Shown piece after piece: positions 1 through 9,789 of a stretch of DNA of 64,000 nt. The translations under genes were made by a program, and so were the position numbers. Each line of letters begins with the position of its first letter. The first letter of the stretch is position 1. Origin of the DNA: Nitrospiraceae bacterium (GTDB taxonomy: Bacteria; Nitrospirota; Nitrospiria; Nitrospirales; Nitrospiraceae); the NCBI GenBank assembly GCA_050246315.1, contig JBFWWG010000005.1, positions 32,001 to 96,000 of the forward strand, in the 5' to 3' direction. The notes under the pieces are model-generated. The model saw only the letters and a list, made by a program, of their open reading frames with translations, searched no databases and was not told the DNA's origin.

Positions 1-300
1 CCCCAGACCGATCGCTTGAAGCCCTACGAGAAACGCCCATGGCAACAGGAAGTTATTCGCAAGGATGGCTTCCTGACGAACGCCAAACACATGCAACTGT
101 TTGAACCGCTCGGGCCGGTTGCGGATTTCATGTCGATCATCCTTGCGCTGATCGGCGGCGGTATCACGTCACGATTTGGCGGATTTTGGTTCTATCCCGG
201 CGCGATCATCACGTTCATTGCATTTCGTGAATGTGCCCTCTATGCCGGGAAACGACTTCGGGCAGGGAAGGAAGCAGTGACGAGGGCACCGATCGAGTAG
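1..300 (+). CDS. hypothetical membrane protein, 3' part (frame open from the window edge)
   Basis: Frame open from base 1 to TAG at 298-300; two hydrophobic segments. Confidence 0.55.
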   Translation, partial: PQTDRLKPYEKRPWQQEVIRKDGFLTNAKHMQLFEPLGPVADFMSIILALIGGGITSRFGGFWFYPGAIITFIAFRECALYAGKRLRAGKEAVTRAPIE

Positions 301-354
301 AGGAATCCGCGTTTTGAGAGATTCACGGTCATCTGGAACGCAAAGGAGGCTCCC

Positions 355-534
355 ATGAGCAGCTTGTCCAGAGTGCATGACTATTCGAATCTGGTAAGGG
401 AGTTTGTGGTCTGTTTGAACGAGCGAAAATCAGTGTGGCTCGCTCCTCTGATCTTCGCAATCTTGCTTTTGGGCGCCTTGGGATTCTTCTTGGAAGGTAG
501 TGTGTTGGCACCGGCTATCTATTCGATCTTTTAA
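355..534 (+). CDS. small membrane protein, DUF5989-like (59 aa, absent from ORF track)
   Basis: Manual translation MSSLSRVHDYSNLVREFVVCLNERKSVWLAPLIFAILLLGALGFFLEGSVLAPAIYSIF; AAGGAGG RBS upstream; RK-x-WLAP and AP-x-IY-x-IF pattern. Confidence 0.75.
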   Translation: MSSLSRVHDYSNLVREFVVCLNERKSVWLAPLIFAILLLGALGFFLEGSVLAPAIYSIF

Positions 535-535
535 C

Positions 536-579
536 CCGCCAGCCTGGATGGAACCGCCGCCGGCCATTCAGGCTGGCGG
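536..579. terminator. GC-rich hairpin between convergent genes
   Basis: ccgccagcctg...caggctggcgg inverted repeat right after the stop at 534. Confidence 0.5.
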
Positions 580-636
580 CGAGCGGCAAACGACAACCAT
601 CGACCGATCAGGGCCGCTACTTTCAATCTGCAACTG

Positions 637-2103
637 TTAGCCACGCGTCTTCTCTCCATCAACTCTCAGCATCGGCCGCAGAGTGTCGGCGAGACATCCA
701 GCAATTGCGGCATTGGCCGGGGCCGTGTAGTGTCCGCCAGGGGCAAAGCTGTCAAACGACCTGGCCGCAATGAGACAGGGGGTTGTCTCGACGAAAGGAA
801 TTCCCGTACGACGCAATAGGGTTGCCCCGCGAGGTGGCGCGATGGAGCGGCCTTCCGCTTCGGCCAGCAACTCGTCTTGGTAAGGAAGATGAACGATCAA
901 AGGGACGGCTCCGTCTCGATGGACCTCCTCCACGAAGGCGGCGAGCACCGTGCTCGCGAGATCTGCAAGCGCATTGTCGGTATGAGAGGAGGGGAGGGGG
1001 GTCACCACGGGTCTGATGGAAGAAAGAAAGCGAAAGAGATACGACCATTCCAGTAATTGCCAGCTATCTCGCCGCGGCCAGTCGAACTCGTGGAAATAGC
1101 GGTCATGGTTCAGATGCGGGAGATCCCGGACGGACGCATGAGCGAAAATCTCCTTAGGGGTGGGAAGGGGGAGATTGACTGGCTGCCAGTTCGAAGCCGC
1201 CGTGACGAGTCGTGGTCGAGCGTATGGGAATTCGACGCCCGTTGGAGAGTACAGGAAGTTATAGATGCTCATTATGCGCAGAATGTCCGAAGAAGTGACT
1301 CCGATGACGACGACGCGGGGATGCCAGAGGCGAACATCACGGCGATATTTCAGGAACGTCTGAGACAGGCTGTACCCGGAGACAGCGAAGTTCAAGATTT
1401 GTACATCTGGCGTGAGGTTGCGCTCCAGGACGTGTGGCCACGATTCCTCACAGCGCACTTCATGGCCGAATGTCATGGAATCGCCGAGGAGGGCAATCCG
1501 GTGAAGGGCGGGACGATCGGTCTGACCCGTGAGACGAATACGCAAGTCCGCGAACGATAGCCCAATCTCCGGGCTCCGTAGTCCCTCGATGCTGCTCCGG
1601 TACAAGCCGTTGGAACTGTGATGGTTGGGAGTGACGACCCATCCGAGGAGCGGATCGTACTGAAAAAATGGGCGTTCATGGGATATGCGATCGAGAATCG
1701 GCTGGTGATGAGCCACAACCTGTGACCAATCCAGGGGATGAAGCAGGACTCGCCCGATTCTCGTACCTTCGAGAGTATCAACCGATCGCGCCCGTATCAC
1801 CAGCTCGGCACCCACTGTCACCATCACGGTGAGAGAAAGGTTCACTAGTAGGGCTGCCCTATGGATGCGATGCTGAGACGGTGGTCCTTGAGCGGTGAGG
1901 CGGCGGATCCAATACGAGGAGCCAATCAGGATCATGATGGAGCACCAGAGCGCGAAGCCTGGAAGACTCAGGGCGAAGGATGGGAAGTCCGGCTTGGCGG
2001 CCAGCCGGTACAACGAGAGGAGGGTGAGGAGGATGGCCACGACTCCAGCGTAGAAGGGGATGAGAATTATCATGCGATCGCCGTACTTCTCCTGGTGCCG
2101 CAC
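637..2103 (-). CDS. membrane-anchored SGNH/GDSL hydrolase family protein
   Basis: N-terminal TM helices; LLGDSMTFG block I, NFAVSGYS block II, C-terminal GHYT. Confidence 0.75.
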   Translation of the reverse strand: MRHQEKYGDRMIILIPFYAGVVAILLTLLSLYRLAAKPDFPSFALSLPGFALWCSIMILIGSSYWIRRLTAQGPPSQHRIHRAALLVNLSLTVMVTVGAELVIRARSVDTLEGTRIGRVLLHPLDWSQVVAHHQPILDRISHERPFFQYDPLLGWVVTPNHHSSNGLYRSSIEGLRSPEIGLSFADLRIRLTGQTDRPALHRIALLGDSMTFGHEVRCEESWPHVLERNLTPDVQILNFAVSGYSLSQTFLKYRRDVRLWHPRVVVIGVTSSDILRIMSIYNFLYSPTGVEFPYARPRLVTAASNWQPVNLPLPTPKEIFAHASVRDLPHLNHDRYFHEFDWPRRDSWQLLEWSYLFRFLSSIRPVVTPLPSSHTDNALADLASTVLAAFVEEVHRDGAVPLIVHLPYQDELLAEAEGRSIAPPRGATLLRRTGIPFVETTPCLIAARSFDSFAPGGHYTAPANAAIAGCLADTLRPMLRVDGEKTRG

Positions 2104-2212
2104 TCTGCTGTCGTCAGGGGCCGCCGCTGCGGGACGTGCCGCTTGCGCTCGAAGGACATGGAATGGCAGCCGATAGTCCGCTTGTACAAACGAAGCTTAG
2201 ACCGGATCAGCA

Positions 2213-3332
2213 ATGACGCAAGAGAGATGTGAAAAGTTGCCATCGTTGCCCCATGTCGAGGACTGTAAGAAGCTAGAGCCTTCGCTGACTCGTGGTCAAG
2301 GAGGGTTCTGGCACGTGATTCTTCCACGCTGGTTCATACTCGTCCTGAGCAGCGCTCTCGGCTGTCTCACGCTGCTAAGTCTTTCGGGGAATGCGGTGGA
2401 AGCGGTGACCGTACGGATTCAGTCTCTGGACCCGCGTTTCGACCTGCTCGTTCCACCGAATGCCGAGCTTGAAACCATTGCAGACGGGTTTACGTGGGTC
2501 GAGGGGCCAGTCTGGAGTCAGGAAGGTGGCTTCTGGTTGTTTTCCGACATACCCGCCAACCGAGTCTATAAGTGGAAGGCCGGCGATGGAGTCAGCGTTT
2601 ATCTTGAGCGTAGCGGCTATAGCGGAGTCGTGCCGTTCACCGGGAAGGAACCGGGTTCCAACGGCCTGACGTTTGACCGAGAGGGGCGGCTGGTGCTCTG
2701 CCGGCACGGCGATCGGCAGATCGCAAGACTCGAACAGGACGGTCAACTGACGGTCTTGGCCGACTCTTACAACGGACATCGATTCAACAGTCCGAACGAT
2801 CTCGTCTTCAAATCCAACGGCGATTTGTACTTTACCGACCCACCGTTCGGACTTCCAGGAGGCTTCGACGATCCAGAGAAGGCAGCGGTTTAAGGTGTGT
2901 ACCGTATCGCGAAGGATGGCACCGTGACGCGCCTGGTTACCGACATCAAGGCGCCAAATGGCATCGCCTTCTCATCGGATGAGCAAACTCTCTATGTGTC
3001 CGATGTTGATTCCGCACGTGCTGCCTGGCTAGCCTATGATCTTCGAGTGGACGGCGGTCACCAACGGCCGAGTTCATTTCGATGCTACCCGTTGGCGAAA
3101 AGATCCGTTCTTCGGACCGGATGGGTTCAAGGTGGATCAGCATGGCAACATCTTCGGCGCGCGGCCGGGAGGGCTGAGCGTGATCACGCCGGACGGTGCC
3201 CTGCTGGGCATGATCGAAATCGGTCAGGCTGCGTCCAACGGGGCCTGGGGCGAGGACGGCCACACGTTGTTTATCACCGGTGCAGACTCCGTCTATCGAA
3301 TCAAACTCACCACCAAAGACACCCGCTACTAG
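2213..3332 (+). pseudogene. SMP-30/gluconolactonase family protein, disrupted
   Basis: WVEGPVW, GSNGL, NSPNDL, PNGIAFS and PDGFKVD motifs are split over three ORFs; in-frame TAA at 2891-2893 and a frameshift near 3050-3058. Confidence 0.85.
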
Positions 3333-3464
3333 AAGGCATTTCAAAACCCCATGACCGTGCTTCGACAAGCTCAACACAAACGGAGGAATATCCTGTTTTC
3401 ATGAGCAGATCCGTTCGCCCTGAGCCGGCCGAAGGGTGAACGGAGCGTTTTGAAATGACTTCTA
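3330..3464. repeat. MITE/REP-like element
   Basis: 18-bp terminal inverted repeats tagaaggcatttcaaaac / gttttgaaatgacttcta (1 mismatch); internal cttcgacaagctca and tgagccggccgaag motifs. Confidence 0.75.
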
Positions 3465-3860
3465 GCTAGATCCGGCGAAGCGACTCCGTCGCCCGGAGCT
3501 GATCGTGCCTCCTATCACCGTCCGGGTGATGAAGACCGAGGCTCCTGCAGATTTGGCGGCGTCTTCACGATCGACACGCTCCAACGTATCGGAATCGATA
3601 CAAGCGTATCCAAAAAGACCATAGGCCGATGAGCGCGACCGAATCGTAGAAAAGCTGGTAACTGAAGGAAACTTGTGTGAAAGTTCAAAATGTGTGGCGA
3701 GACCAATCAGTGAGAGCAAAGCTGGCATTAAGCTTGCTCAATTCAAGGGCGTGTGGACCGATAGAGGAGTAGAAACCCGAAAAAGGGGTTCGAAACGTAG
3801 GGAGGATAGGACGTATCAGATCGCTGAGCCACAGCAGGACCCTTAAAAACGAGGTGACCC

Positions 3861-4115
3861 ATGATGCCGAGCATGATGGAACGCGATGCCAGCCGAAATT
3901 CCGACAAGGTGACAGAGAGGTCGGTGCCGCAACCTCGCGCCCTCACACATGACGAGAAGAAAGCCGCCGAGGCCGCATTTCGCGGCGAGCCGTTCAATCC
4001 TTCCTGGTCGGCGGCGGCGCAGGCGGTCTATGACGGCATCCTGGCGGCAATGGGTAAACGAGAGATGGCGGAGTGCTGTGAGCCCGTCCTGGAAACGGAA
4101 TGTCTGGTAGGATGA
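3861..4115 (+). CDS. small hypothetical protein
   Basis: GAGGTG RBS; shares the DEK-x-AAEAAF...WSAAA-x-AVY-x-GI motif with the gene at 58379-59077. Confidence 0.75.
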   Translation: MMPSMMERDASRNSDKVTERSVPQPRALTHDEKKAAEAAFRGEPFNPSWSAAAQAVYDGILAAMGKREMAECCEPVLETECLVG

Positions 4116-4339
4116 CGCGGGGACCGGGGAGTAACGCTCCCTGGTTGTAAACGAACGACCGCTCGTCCTACTCGTGACCGTCCGATTCTCGCCCTCCACT
4201 CGAATGTCGCTCGCGCCGCCTTCTCACCATTCTCTGGCCGGTGAGAACGAATCGCACTGTAATTGATCTGCAGGATCCGCACTCGGTTGTCATCGGCGTG
4301 CGACCATCAGGCCGGCGAGTCGGGTCGCGGAGCATGCGG

Positions 4340-4560
4340 ATTGATGAAGAGGGAGCGACCACCTTGCCGGGTGACGCTTGCTACCCACATGCGGCCGCGA
4401 TGTCACTCCACAAACTGTTTGACGATTGCCAGCCTCAAACCCGCCCCTCGCGCTTCTTCTTGTAAAGCCGTGACTCGATAAGACTTGACCAACAGGTGCG
4501 GCAAGTACTCCGGCGAAATGCTGCAGCCGGGATCGGCGAGACAGATTGTGGCGAGATCGG
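4340..4560 (-). pseudogene. degenerate histidine kinase HATPase remnant
   Basis: Minus-strand translation ATICLADPGCSISPEYLPHLLVKSYRV...GAGLRLAIVKQFVE*HRGRMWVAS resembles G1/F/G2 boxes; stop at 4403-4405. Confidence 0.65.
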
Positions 4561-4833
4561 CTCGATCCTTCCGGGCGGTACTCCTGTTGTCTCCGGCAGG
4601 GACTCTGAATCCCGTTTATTTCGGATAGAGAATGACCCCGTGTCCGGAAGGCGTGGCCGCGGAGGCCTTTTCTGCCGAGAAAGACCCTGTCGAGAGGCGA
4701 GCCCAACAAGATCTTCTGTCGGCAGATGGGGGATTGGAGTGGTCGGTTTGAAAAGTGCCACCCGGAGCCGCTAAGGTAAGCACTGCGGACGCAACAGTCG
4801 ATCGTTAGAAACGTCACCTGGAGAAAGGAATAG

Positions 4834-5253
4834 ATGATGATTGTGAAGAGAAGGACGATGACCATGCTCGGTTTGTTGGCGGTGCTGGGACTATGCGGGC
4901 CGGCGTGGAGCGCCGACCAGTCGGATCTGGACAAGTTCATTCGTGCGCGGATCGACATCGGCGAGATGATGACGAACTATTTCAAGGATCGCGGTGGCAT
5001 GTCTTCCGGAGAAGGCGGCCGGCCGTCCCCCGAGCAGATGCGCGAAATGCGGGAGGACATCAATGCCCGCTTGGCGAAGGTGCTCGCACCCTACGGTCTG
5101 ACGGCGGAGGAATACCGTAGCCGGAGTCGCGAAGTGCTTGGGGATGAAGCTGCCGTCCAGCGATATCTCGAAGCACACCCCGACCTCAAGAAGCGCTATG
5201 ACGCCTTGCCGATGGATCGAATGGGCCGAAGCGGGAGCGGGCGGGGGTATTGA
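4834..5253 (+). CDS. secreted hypothetical protein
   Basis: Signal peptide ending AWS-A; RBS; helical 139-aa ORF. Confidence 0.75.
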   Translation: MMIVKRRTMTMLGLLAVLGLCGPAWSADQSDLDKFIRARIDIGEMMTNYFKDRGGMSSGEGGRPSPEQMREMREDINARLAKVLAPYGLTAEEYRSRSREVLGDEAAVQRYLEAHPDLKKRYDALPMDRMGRSGSGRGY

Positions 5254-5498
5254 CGAGAGCTTTTCAAAAGCTTCGACGAGCGGGACACAATACTGGAACA
5301 GACCACCTCCACGCGCCGAGGAGCGAGGCCGACGCAGGGTCTTAGGGCCGAACTCTGATTGCAGGCCATGAAGTTCAGCCGGTGTACCCATGAATCCCAC
5401 TTTGAGATAGGTCCATCTTGTTACTTTTGATAGAGAATCCGTAGCCTGGGACGGAGCATGAGATACGGTGAAGAGAGCCCGCTGGTGGGTGAACGTCT

Positions 5499-5634
5499 TA
5501 GCAGGCTGCGGAAAACCCTCCGTTCATCCGTCGAGGGCCTCCGGACGAACGGAGCGATTATTGAATAGACCGGTGGTTTCCGATCGTGCTGAGCCTGTCG
5601 AAGCACACAAATCGAGTTTTTTCGCAGCCTGTTA
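5499..5634. repeat. MITE/REP-like element
   Basis: TIRs tagcaggctgcggaaaa / ttttcgcagcctgtta; same left end as 27797; internal tgagcctgtcgaagca. Confidence 0.75.
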
Positions 5635-5649
5635 GACGCGAGGTGATCG

Positions 5650-5934
5650 ATGATGCCTGGAAGAAAGCGGACCCTTGTCGCTCGGGTTCTGGCAGGAGCC
5701 GGCTGTGTCTGTGGCATAGTGGGCTTCACCATGCCTCCGACCACTCAGATCGCTGGACCAGTCGACTTTGACTGGTTTGCTGCTGGAACCGCGCTGATTG
5801 TCTTCGCCGTCTATCTGCTGGTGGACGGAGCGGTTGCATTCCAGAAAGCTCACAATGGGCATGAGGCGGAACCGACAATCAGGCGAGATTCCCACCGTAG
5901 TCGTAGTACTCACACGAAATCAGTGAGCCCCTAA
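5650..5934 (+). CDS. small hypothetical membrane protein
   Basis: GAGGTG RBS; two hydrophobic segments. Confidence 0.5.
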   Translation: MMPGRKRTLVARVLAGAGCVCGIVGFTMPPTTQIAGPVDFDWFAAGTALIVFAVYLLVDGAVAFQKAHNGHEAEPTIRRDSHRSRSTHTKSVSP

Positions 5935-6104
5935 CCCGCACTATTCAAGATGACTTCTATCCCAACCGCCGTGCGACCCGTTGTCACCGAAGAGCAACGG
6001 ATGCCCCGGCTGCGACGAGCTTGGGAGCGAGTGCTTGGCTCCCAAGCTCGTCGCAGCGGCGTATCGGCGGTTGCAGTAGAAGCATTCATGAATAATGTGG
6101 GCTA
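5932..6104. repeat. MITE-like palindromic element, related to 18509-18785
   Basis: Imperfect ~40-bp TIRs ending ...tcatgaataatgtgggcta; internal gcttgggagc...gctcccaagc hairpin. Confidence 0.7.
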
Positions 6105-6447
6105 ACGCTCCTTCCATGCTCGCTCGTTTCCTCTTCTCCACAGACATGGGTGTGACCATCATTGCATTCGAAGCAATGGCATCCCTGTTGGTCCGACTAC
6201 GGCCGTGGAGTGAGCACCGCCCTTCACTGAAATCCGATTGACCTCGCGTGCACACTCCGGGAGCGAAGAACCAACAGGGTGCCGTTCATGTTGCTCTTGT
6301 AAGACTCTGCCTTTTCACCCGAATAGAGCCGCGCTCCGCACCGGGGCGGGCATGCCGGCCATCAGCTCTGGTCCTGCTGCGCACGGTTTGACGCGACGGT
6401 CCGGAAGCCGTACTCTGCGTGTGTGACGCCTACACATGGAGGAGGGT

Positions 6448-6660
6448 ATGGCGACCAACCTTGCGATCGACGATGTGTTGTTGGAGCAGGCACGACGTGT
6501 GGGAAAGCTCCGGACGAAGAAGGAGACGGTCACGCTGGCCCTGACCGAATTCATCCAGCGCCGCCGGCAGCGGGACATTCTCAAGGCGCTCGGCACGATC
6601 GAATTCCGAAAGGGATGGGACTACAAGAAGGACCGTCGCGATCGTGAATCTGGTCGTTGA
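6448..6660 (+). CDS. vapB: VapB-family antitoxin
   Basis: MATNLAIDD...TKKETV-x-x-AL-x-EFI pattern; GGAGG RBS; overlaps PIN gene. Confidence 0.85.
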   Translation: MATNLAIDDVLLEQARRVGKLRTKKETVTLALTEFIQRRRQRDILKALGTIEFRKGWDYKKDRRDRESGR

Positions 6661-7051
6661 CACCTCCGTCTGATCGTTGGTGCTGCAGCGGCCTCGGGTT
6701 GATGAAGACGACGCCCATGTACGAGCCTTTCGCCGGCATCTTGATTTCGGCGATGGACTCTTTCTCATCGGCAACATTCTTCAGGAACTCCTCGACGGGC
6801 TCCGCTCCACCAGACAGTTCGACCACCTATTGACTCTGCTTGACCCGTACCCGCTTCTCGACTTGGACCGACAGACCTATGTCGATGCCGCCCGCCTCCG
6901 ATCTCTGTGCCGCTCAAAAGGCGTCACTGCCAGCCCGATCGAGTTTTTGATTGCAGCGGCATGCTGCCAGCACGGCTATCCTCTCCTGACGGCCGATAGA
7001 GAGTTTCAGCAAATCGCCAATCATTGTGACCTCGTCACATTGTCCGTCTAA
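6644..7051 (+). pseudogene. vapC: VapC PIN-domain toxin with premature stop
   Basis: GTG start, VVDTSV*SL with TGA at 6671-6673 where Trp is usual; downstream QELL and LLTADREF PIN motifs are in frame. Confidence 0.85.
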
Positions 7052-7342
7052 TGCTCCTTCCATGCTCGCTCGTTTCCTCAATCCTCGTCGGGGTGAGGAT
7101 GGCGGGCTTTCGGTGCGACTTGCGAGAGGTTGCATGGTCTCGATGGTTTGGTCCGCCGAAGGTGAGACGGCGAGCACTGTTCGCAGTTCCGTTCGGACGC
7201 AGTCCCAGACGGAACAAGTTGCACAGCCGAGCGCCGACGAGGCCGTGCGGTCGCACCCCTCGCCGGAGCAGAGCGGGCCAGCCGTCCTCATACGCTCCAC
7301 TATCCTGTAAGACTCCCCCTTCTCAGACGACTACCCGCTATA

Positions 7343-7440
7343 CCATCTCATTACGACATCATTGTGATTGACACCGGTCCCGGCGTCGGCATCCTCGCTT
7401 GGAAGCTCGCACCATCTGGCAAAGAAAATCCTGCGGCTGG
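7343..7440 (+). pseudogene. degenerate duplicate of the GMC oxidoreductase 5' end
   Basis: PSHYDIIVIDTGPGVGILAWKLAPSGK versus intact PNHYDIIIIGTGPGGGTLAYKLAPSGK at 8218. Confidence 0.8.
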
Positions 7441-7489
7441 TGAGTAGGCAACAGATCGCGGTTGGAGGGGAGAATCTAGACGCGGTCAG

Positions 7490-7834
7490 CTAGTGACGGC
7501 CATTCCTGGTCCGTCGAGTTGAACTCCGTATTCCGCTCGATCTGCGAGCGATAAGCCAATTTTTGAACGATGCCTGGCTTTCGCCGGACGGTCTTCCTGC
7601 GAGGAGGCCCTCGACGCTGATGTCCTCGTCAAGTTTGCCCCAGTGAATACCGTGCCCCCGTCCGATCAATCTCCAGTTCTTGCGTTCTGCCGGTGTCGCG
7701 TGGACCAATCGAGGGAACCAAGCGAGCGGCACTGACAGGCTTCGCCCGTCACTGAGCTCTACCGTCAGTGTGTCTTCCGTCACCGTCACCGCTTCCGCCG
7801 CGGGTACTGCGATCTCAACGGCCGAAGTATTCAT
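7490..7834 (-). CDS. DUF2442 family protein (putative antitoxin)
   Basis: LSDGR-x-LSVPLAWFPRL, GIHW-x-x-LDEDISVEGLL. Confidence 0.85.
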   Translation of the reverse strand: MNTSAVEIAVPAAEAVTVTEDTLTVELSDGRSLSVPLAWFPRLVHATPAERKNWRLIGRGHGIHWGKLDEDISVEGLLAGRPSGESQASFKNWLIARRSSGIRSSTRRTRNGRH

Positions 7835-8058
7835 CCCAAGCCTCCTGAAGGGTGTCCTGATGCTCGGTCACGAGCTTATGAATGCGACCGATTTCAGCTT
7901 TCAGCACGCGAAAAGCCGCCGCTATCCTGCAACCGGATAGGGGCAAGTCACAATTTGGCAACCTTGTCCTCTCGTTCAATGTGCACGTGGGATGGCTCCT
8001 CTCGATCGCAGGCGTAAAAGAAGAACCGATAGGGGACAACCCTCAGAACTGTCGGCAT
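7815..8058 (-). pseudogene. DUF4160 family protein, disrupted
   Basis: MPTVLR...YRFFFY...EPSHVHIER...AKL*L with TGA at 7948-7950; 7-nt duplication tttcagc at 7892-7905 shifts the frame; ends LQEAWDEYFGR. Confidence 0.8.
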
Positions 8059-8217
8059 GGAGAAGCGCTCATCACGAAACCCATCTTAACATGTCGGTTC
8101 TCTCAAGCTGAGGCATTCTGCCGCTTCCACTCGACGAACGAGTCGATTTCCGTTTCTGCCGTGCTGTGTAAGGACTCGCCGTCGTGGACGACTCTGTTCC
8201 GTAACGGGAGGTCTTCG

Positions 8218-9789
8218 ATGTGTACGCCGAATCACTACGACATCATCATTATCGGCACCGGTCCCGGAGGAGGCACGCTGGCCTATAAGCTGGCGCCGTC
8301 GGGTAAAAAGATCCTCCTCCTGGAGCGGGGCGGGTACTTGCCACGTGAAAAGGACAACTGGAACACCAAAACTGTTTTCATCGAGAACCGATACAAAGCC
8401 AAAGAAACTTGGTGCGACAAAGACGGCAACGCGTTTCACCCCGGCATCCACTACAACGTCGGCGGTAATAGCAAAGTCTATGGCGCGGCCCTGCTGCGCA
8501 TGAGGGCACAGGACTTCGGCGAGGTGAAGCATTACGGAGGTATTTCACCCGAATGGCCGATCCGCTATGACGACCTCGAACCCTATTACACCCAGGCCGA
8601 GCATCTCTATTACGTGCACGGCAATCGTGGCGAAGATCCGACCGAACCGAAGGCCGGCGCGCCCTACATATATCCGGCCCTCAGCCACGAGCCTCGCATT
8701 CAAGAGCTTCACGATGACTGGATGAAGATGGGTTATCACCCCTTTCACTTGCCGGTCGGTGTGATGCTGGACGAAAACCAGAAAGAGAAGAGCGCCTGCA
8801 TTCGCTGCAACACCTGCGACGGCTATCCCTGCTTGGTGAATGCGAAGGCCGACTCGCAAGTCGTCTGTGTCGATCCGGCGTTACAGTACCCGAACGTGAC
8901 GATGGTGACGAATGCTCTGGTCAGCAGGCTCGAGGCCAGGGGCGCGGGGCGAGAGGTGACCGGGGTGGTCGTGGAAAGAAACGGCCAGATGGAGACGTAC
9001 AAGGCCGATATCGTGGTCGTCTCCTGTGGGGCGATCAATTCGGCGGCGCTGCTACTGCGCTCTGCAAACGACAATCATCCCAACGGCTTGGCCAATTCAT
9101 CCGATCTCGTCGGCCGCAACTACATGTGTCACAACAACTCGGCCATGCTCGCGATCTCCAAGGCGCCCAACCCGACGGTCTTTCAGAAGACGATCGGCCT
9201 GAACGACTTCTACCATTCCTCCGCCGACTGGGACTTTCCGATGGGCCATATCTCGATGATCGGTAAGTCTGACATGGAGACGTTGCGGGCCGGCGCGCCG
9301 GCCTTCGCGCCGGGTTTCGCGCTCGATCAGATGGCGAAACATTCGCTCGATTTCTGGATGACCTCTGAAGACCTGCCCGATCCCGACAATCGCGTGCTGG
9401 TCGGCAAGGAAGGGAACATCGCGCTGCGCTATACGGAGAACAACCTGGAAGCGCACGAACGCCTGGCCGCCAAGCTCAAAAGCATGTTGAACCATCTGGG
9501 CTGCGAAAAGCATCTGCTGCCGACGCACTTGTACCTCGGGAAGAAAATTCCCATCGCCGGCACGGCGCACCAGTGCGGCACGGTCCGGTTCGGGCGCGAC
9601 CCGAGGGCCAGCGTCCTCGACATAAACTGCAAAGCGCATGACCTGGACAATCTCTACGTCGTCGATGCGAGCTTCTTCGTATCGAGCAGCGCGGTGAATC
9701 CGTCGCTGACGATCATGGCCAATGCGCTGCGCGTCGGAGACCACCTGTTGCAAAGACTCGGCGCAAGGTCGCCGGAGGCTATCGCATGA
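8218..9789 (+). CDS. GMC family FAD oxidoreductase
   Basis: GTGPGGG FAD motif, VGGNSKVYGA, HQCGT, NPSLTIMANALR; GGGAGG RBS before ATG 8218. Confidence 0.9.
   Translation: MCTPNHYDIIIIGTGPGGGTLAYKLAPSGKKILLLERGGYLPREKDNWNTKTVFIENRYKAKETWCDKDGNAFHPGIHYNVGGNSKVYGAALLRMRAQDFGEVKHYGGISPEWPIRYDDLEPYYTQAEHLYYVHGNRGEDPTEPKAGAPYIYPALSHEPRIQELHDDWMKMGYHPFHLPVGVMLDENQKEKSACIRCNTCDGYPCLVNAKADSQVVCVDPALQYPNVTMVTNALVSRLEARGAGREVTGVVVERNGQMETYKADIVVVSCGAINSAALLLRSANDNHPNGLANSSDLVGRNYMCHNNSAMLAISKAPNPTVFQKTIGLNDFYHSSADWDFPMGHISMIGKSDMETLRAGAPAFAPGFALDQMAKHSLDFWMTSEDLPDPDNRVLVGKEGNIALRYTENNLEAHERLAAKLKSMLNHLGCEKHLLPTHLYLGKKIPIAGTAHQCGTVRFGRDPRASVLDINCKAHDLDNLYVVDASFFVSSSAVNPSLTIMANALRVGDHLLQRLGARSPEAIA

Larger units (their letters stand above)
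6102..7079 (+). repeat. 32-bp direct repeat pair (6102-6133 and 7048-7079) flanking vapBC
   Basis: ctaa(c/t)gctccttccatgctcgctcgtttcctc, 1 mismatch. Confidence 0.85.

Noticed and set aside
6102..7079. Direct repeats as C-termini of paralogous minus-strand peptides (GNERAWKE*)
   Set aside because: In-frame stops occur just upstream in both copies.
6671..7950. TGA at Trp positions suggesting recoding or selenocysteine
   Set aside because: TGA terminates many intact genes here and TGG is used normally; the DUF4160 gene also has a frameshift.
7882..8217. N-terminal extension of the GMC ORF
   Set aside because: Overlaps the antisense DUF4160 pseudogene; RBS and homology start at ATG 8218.
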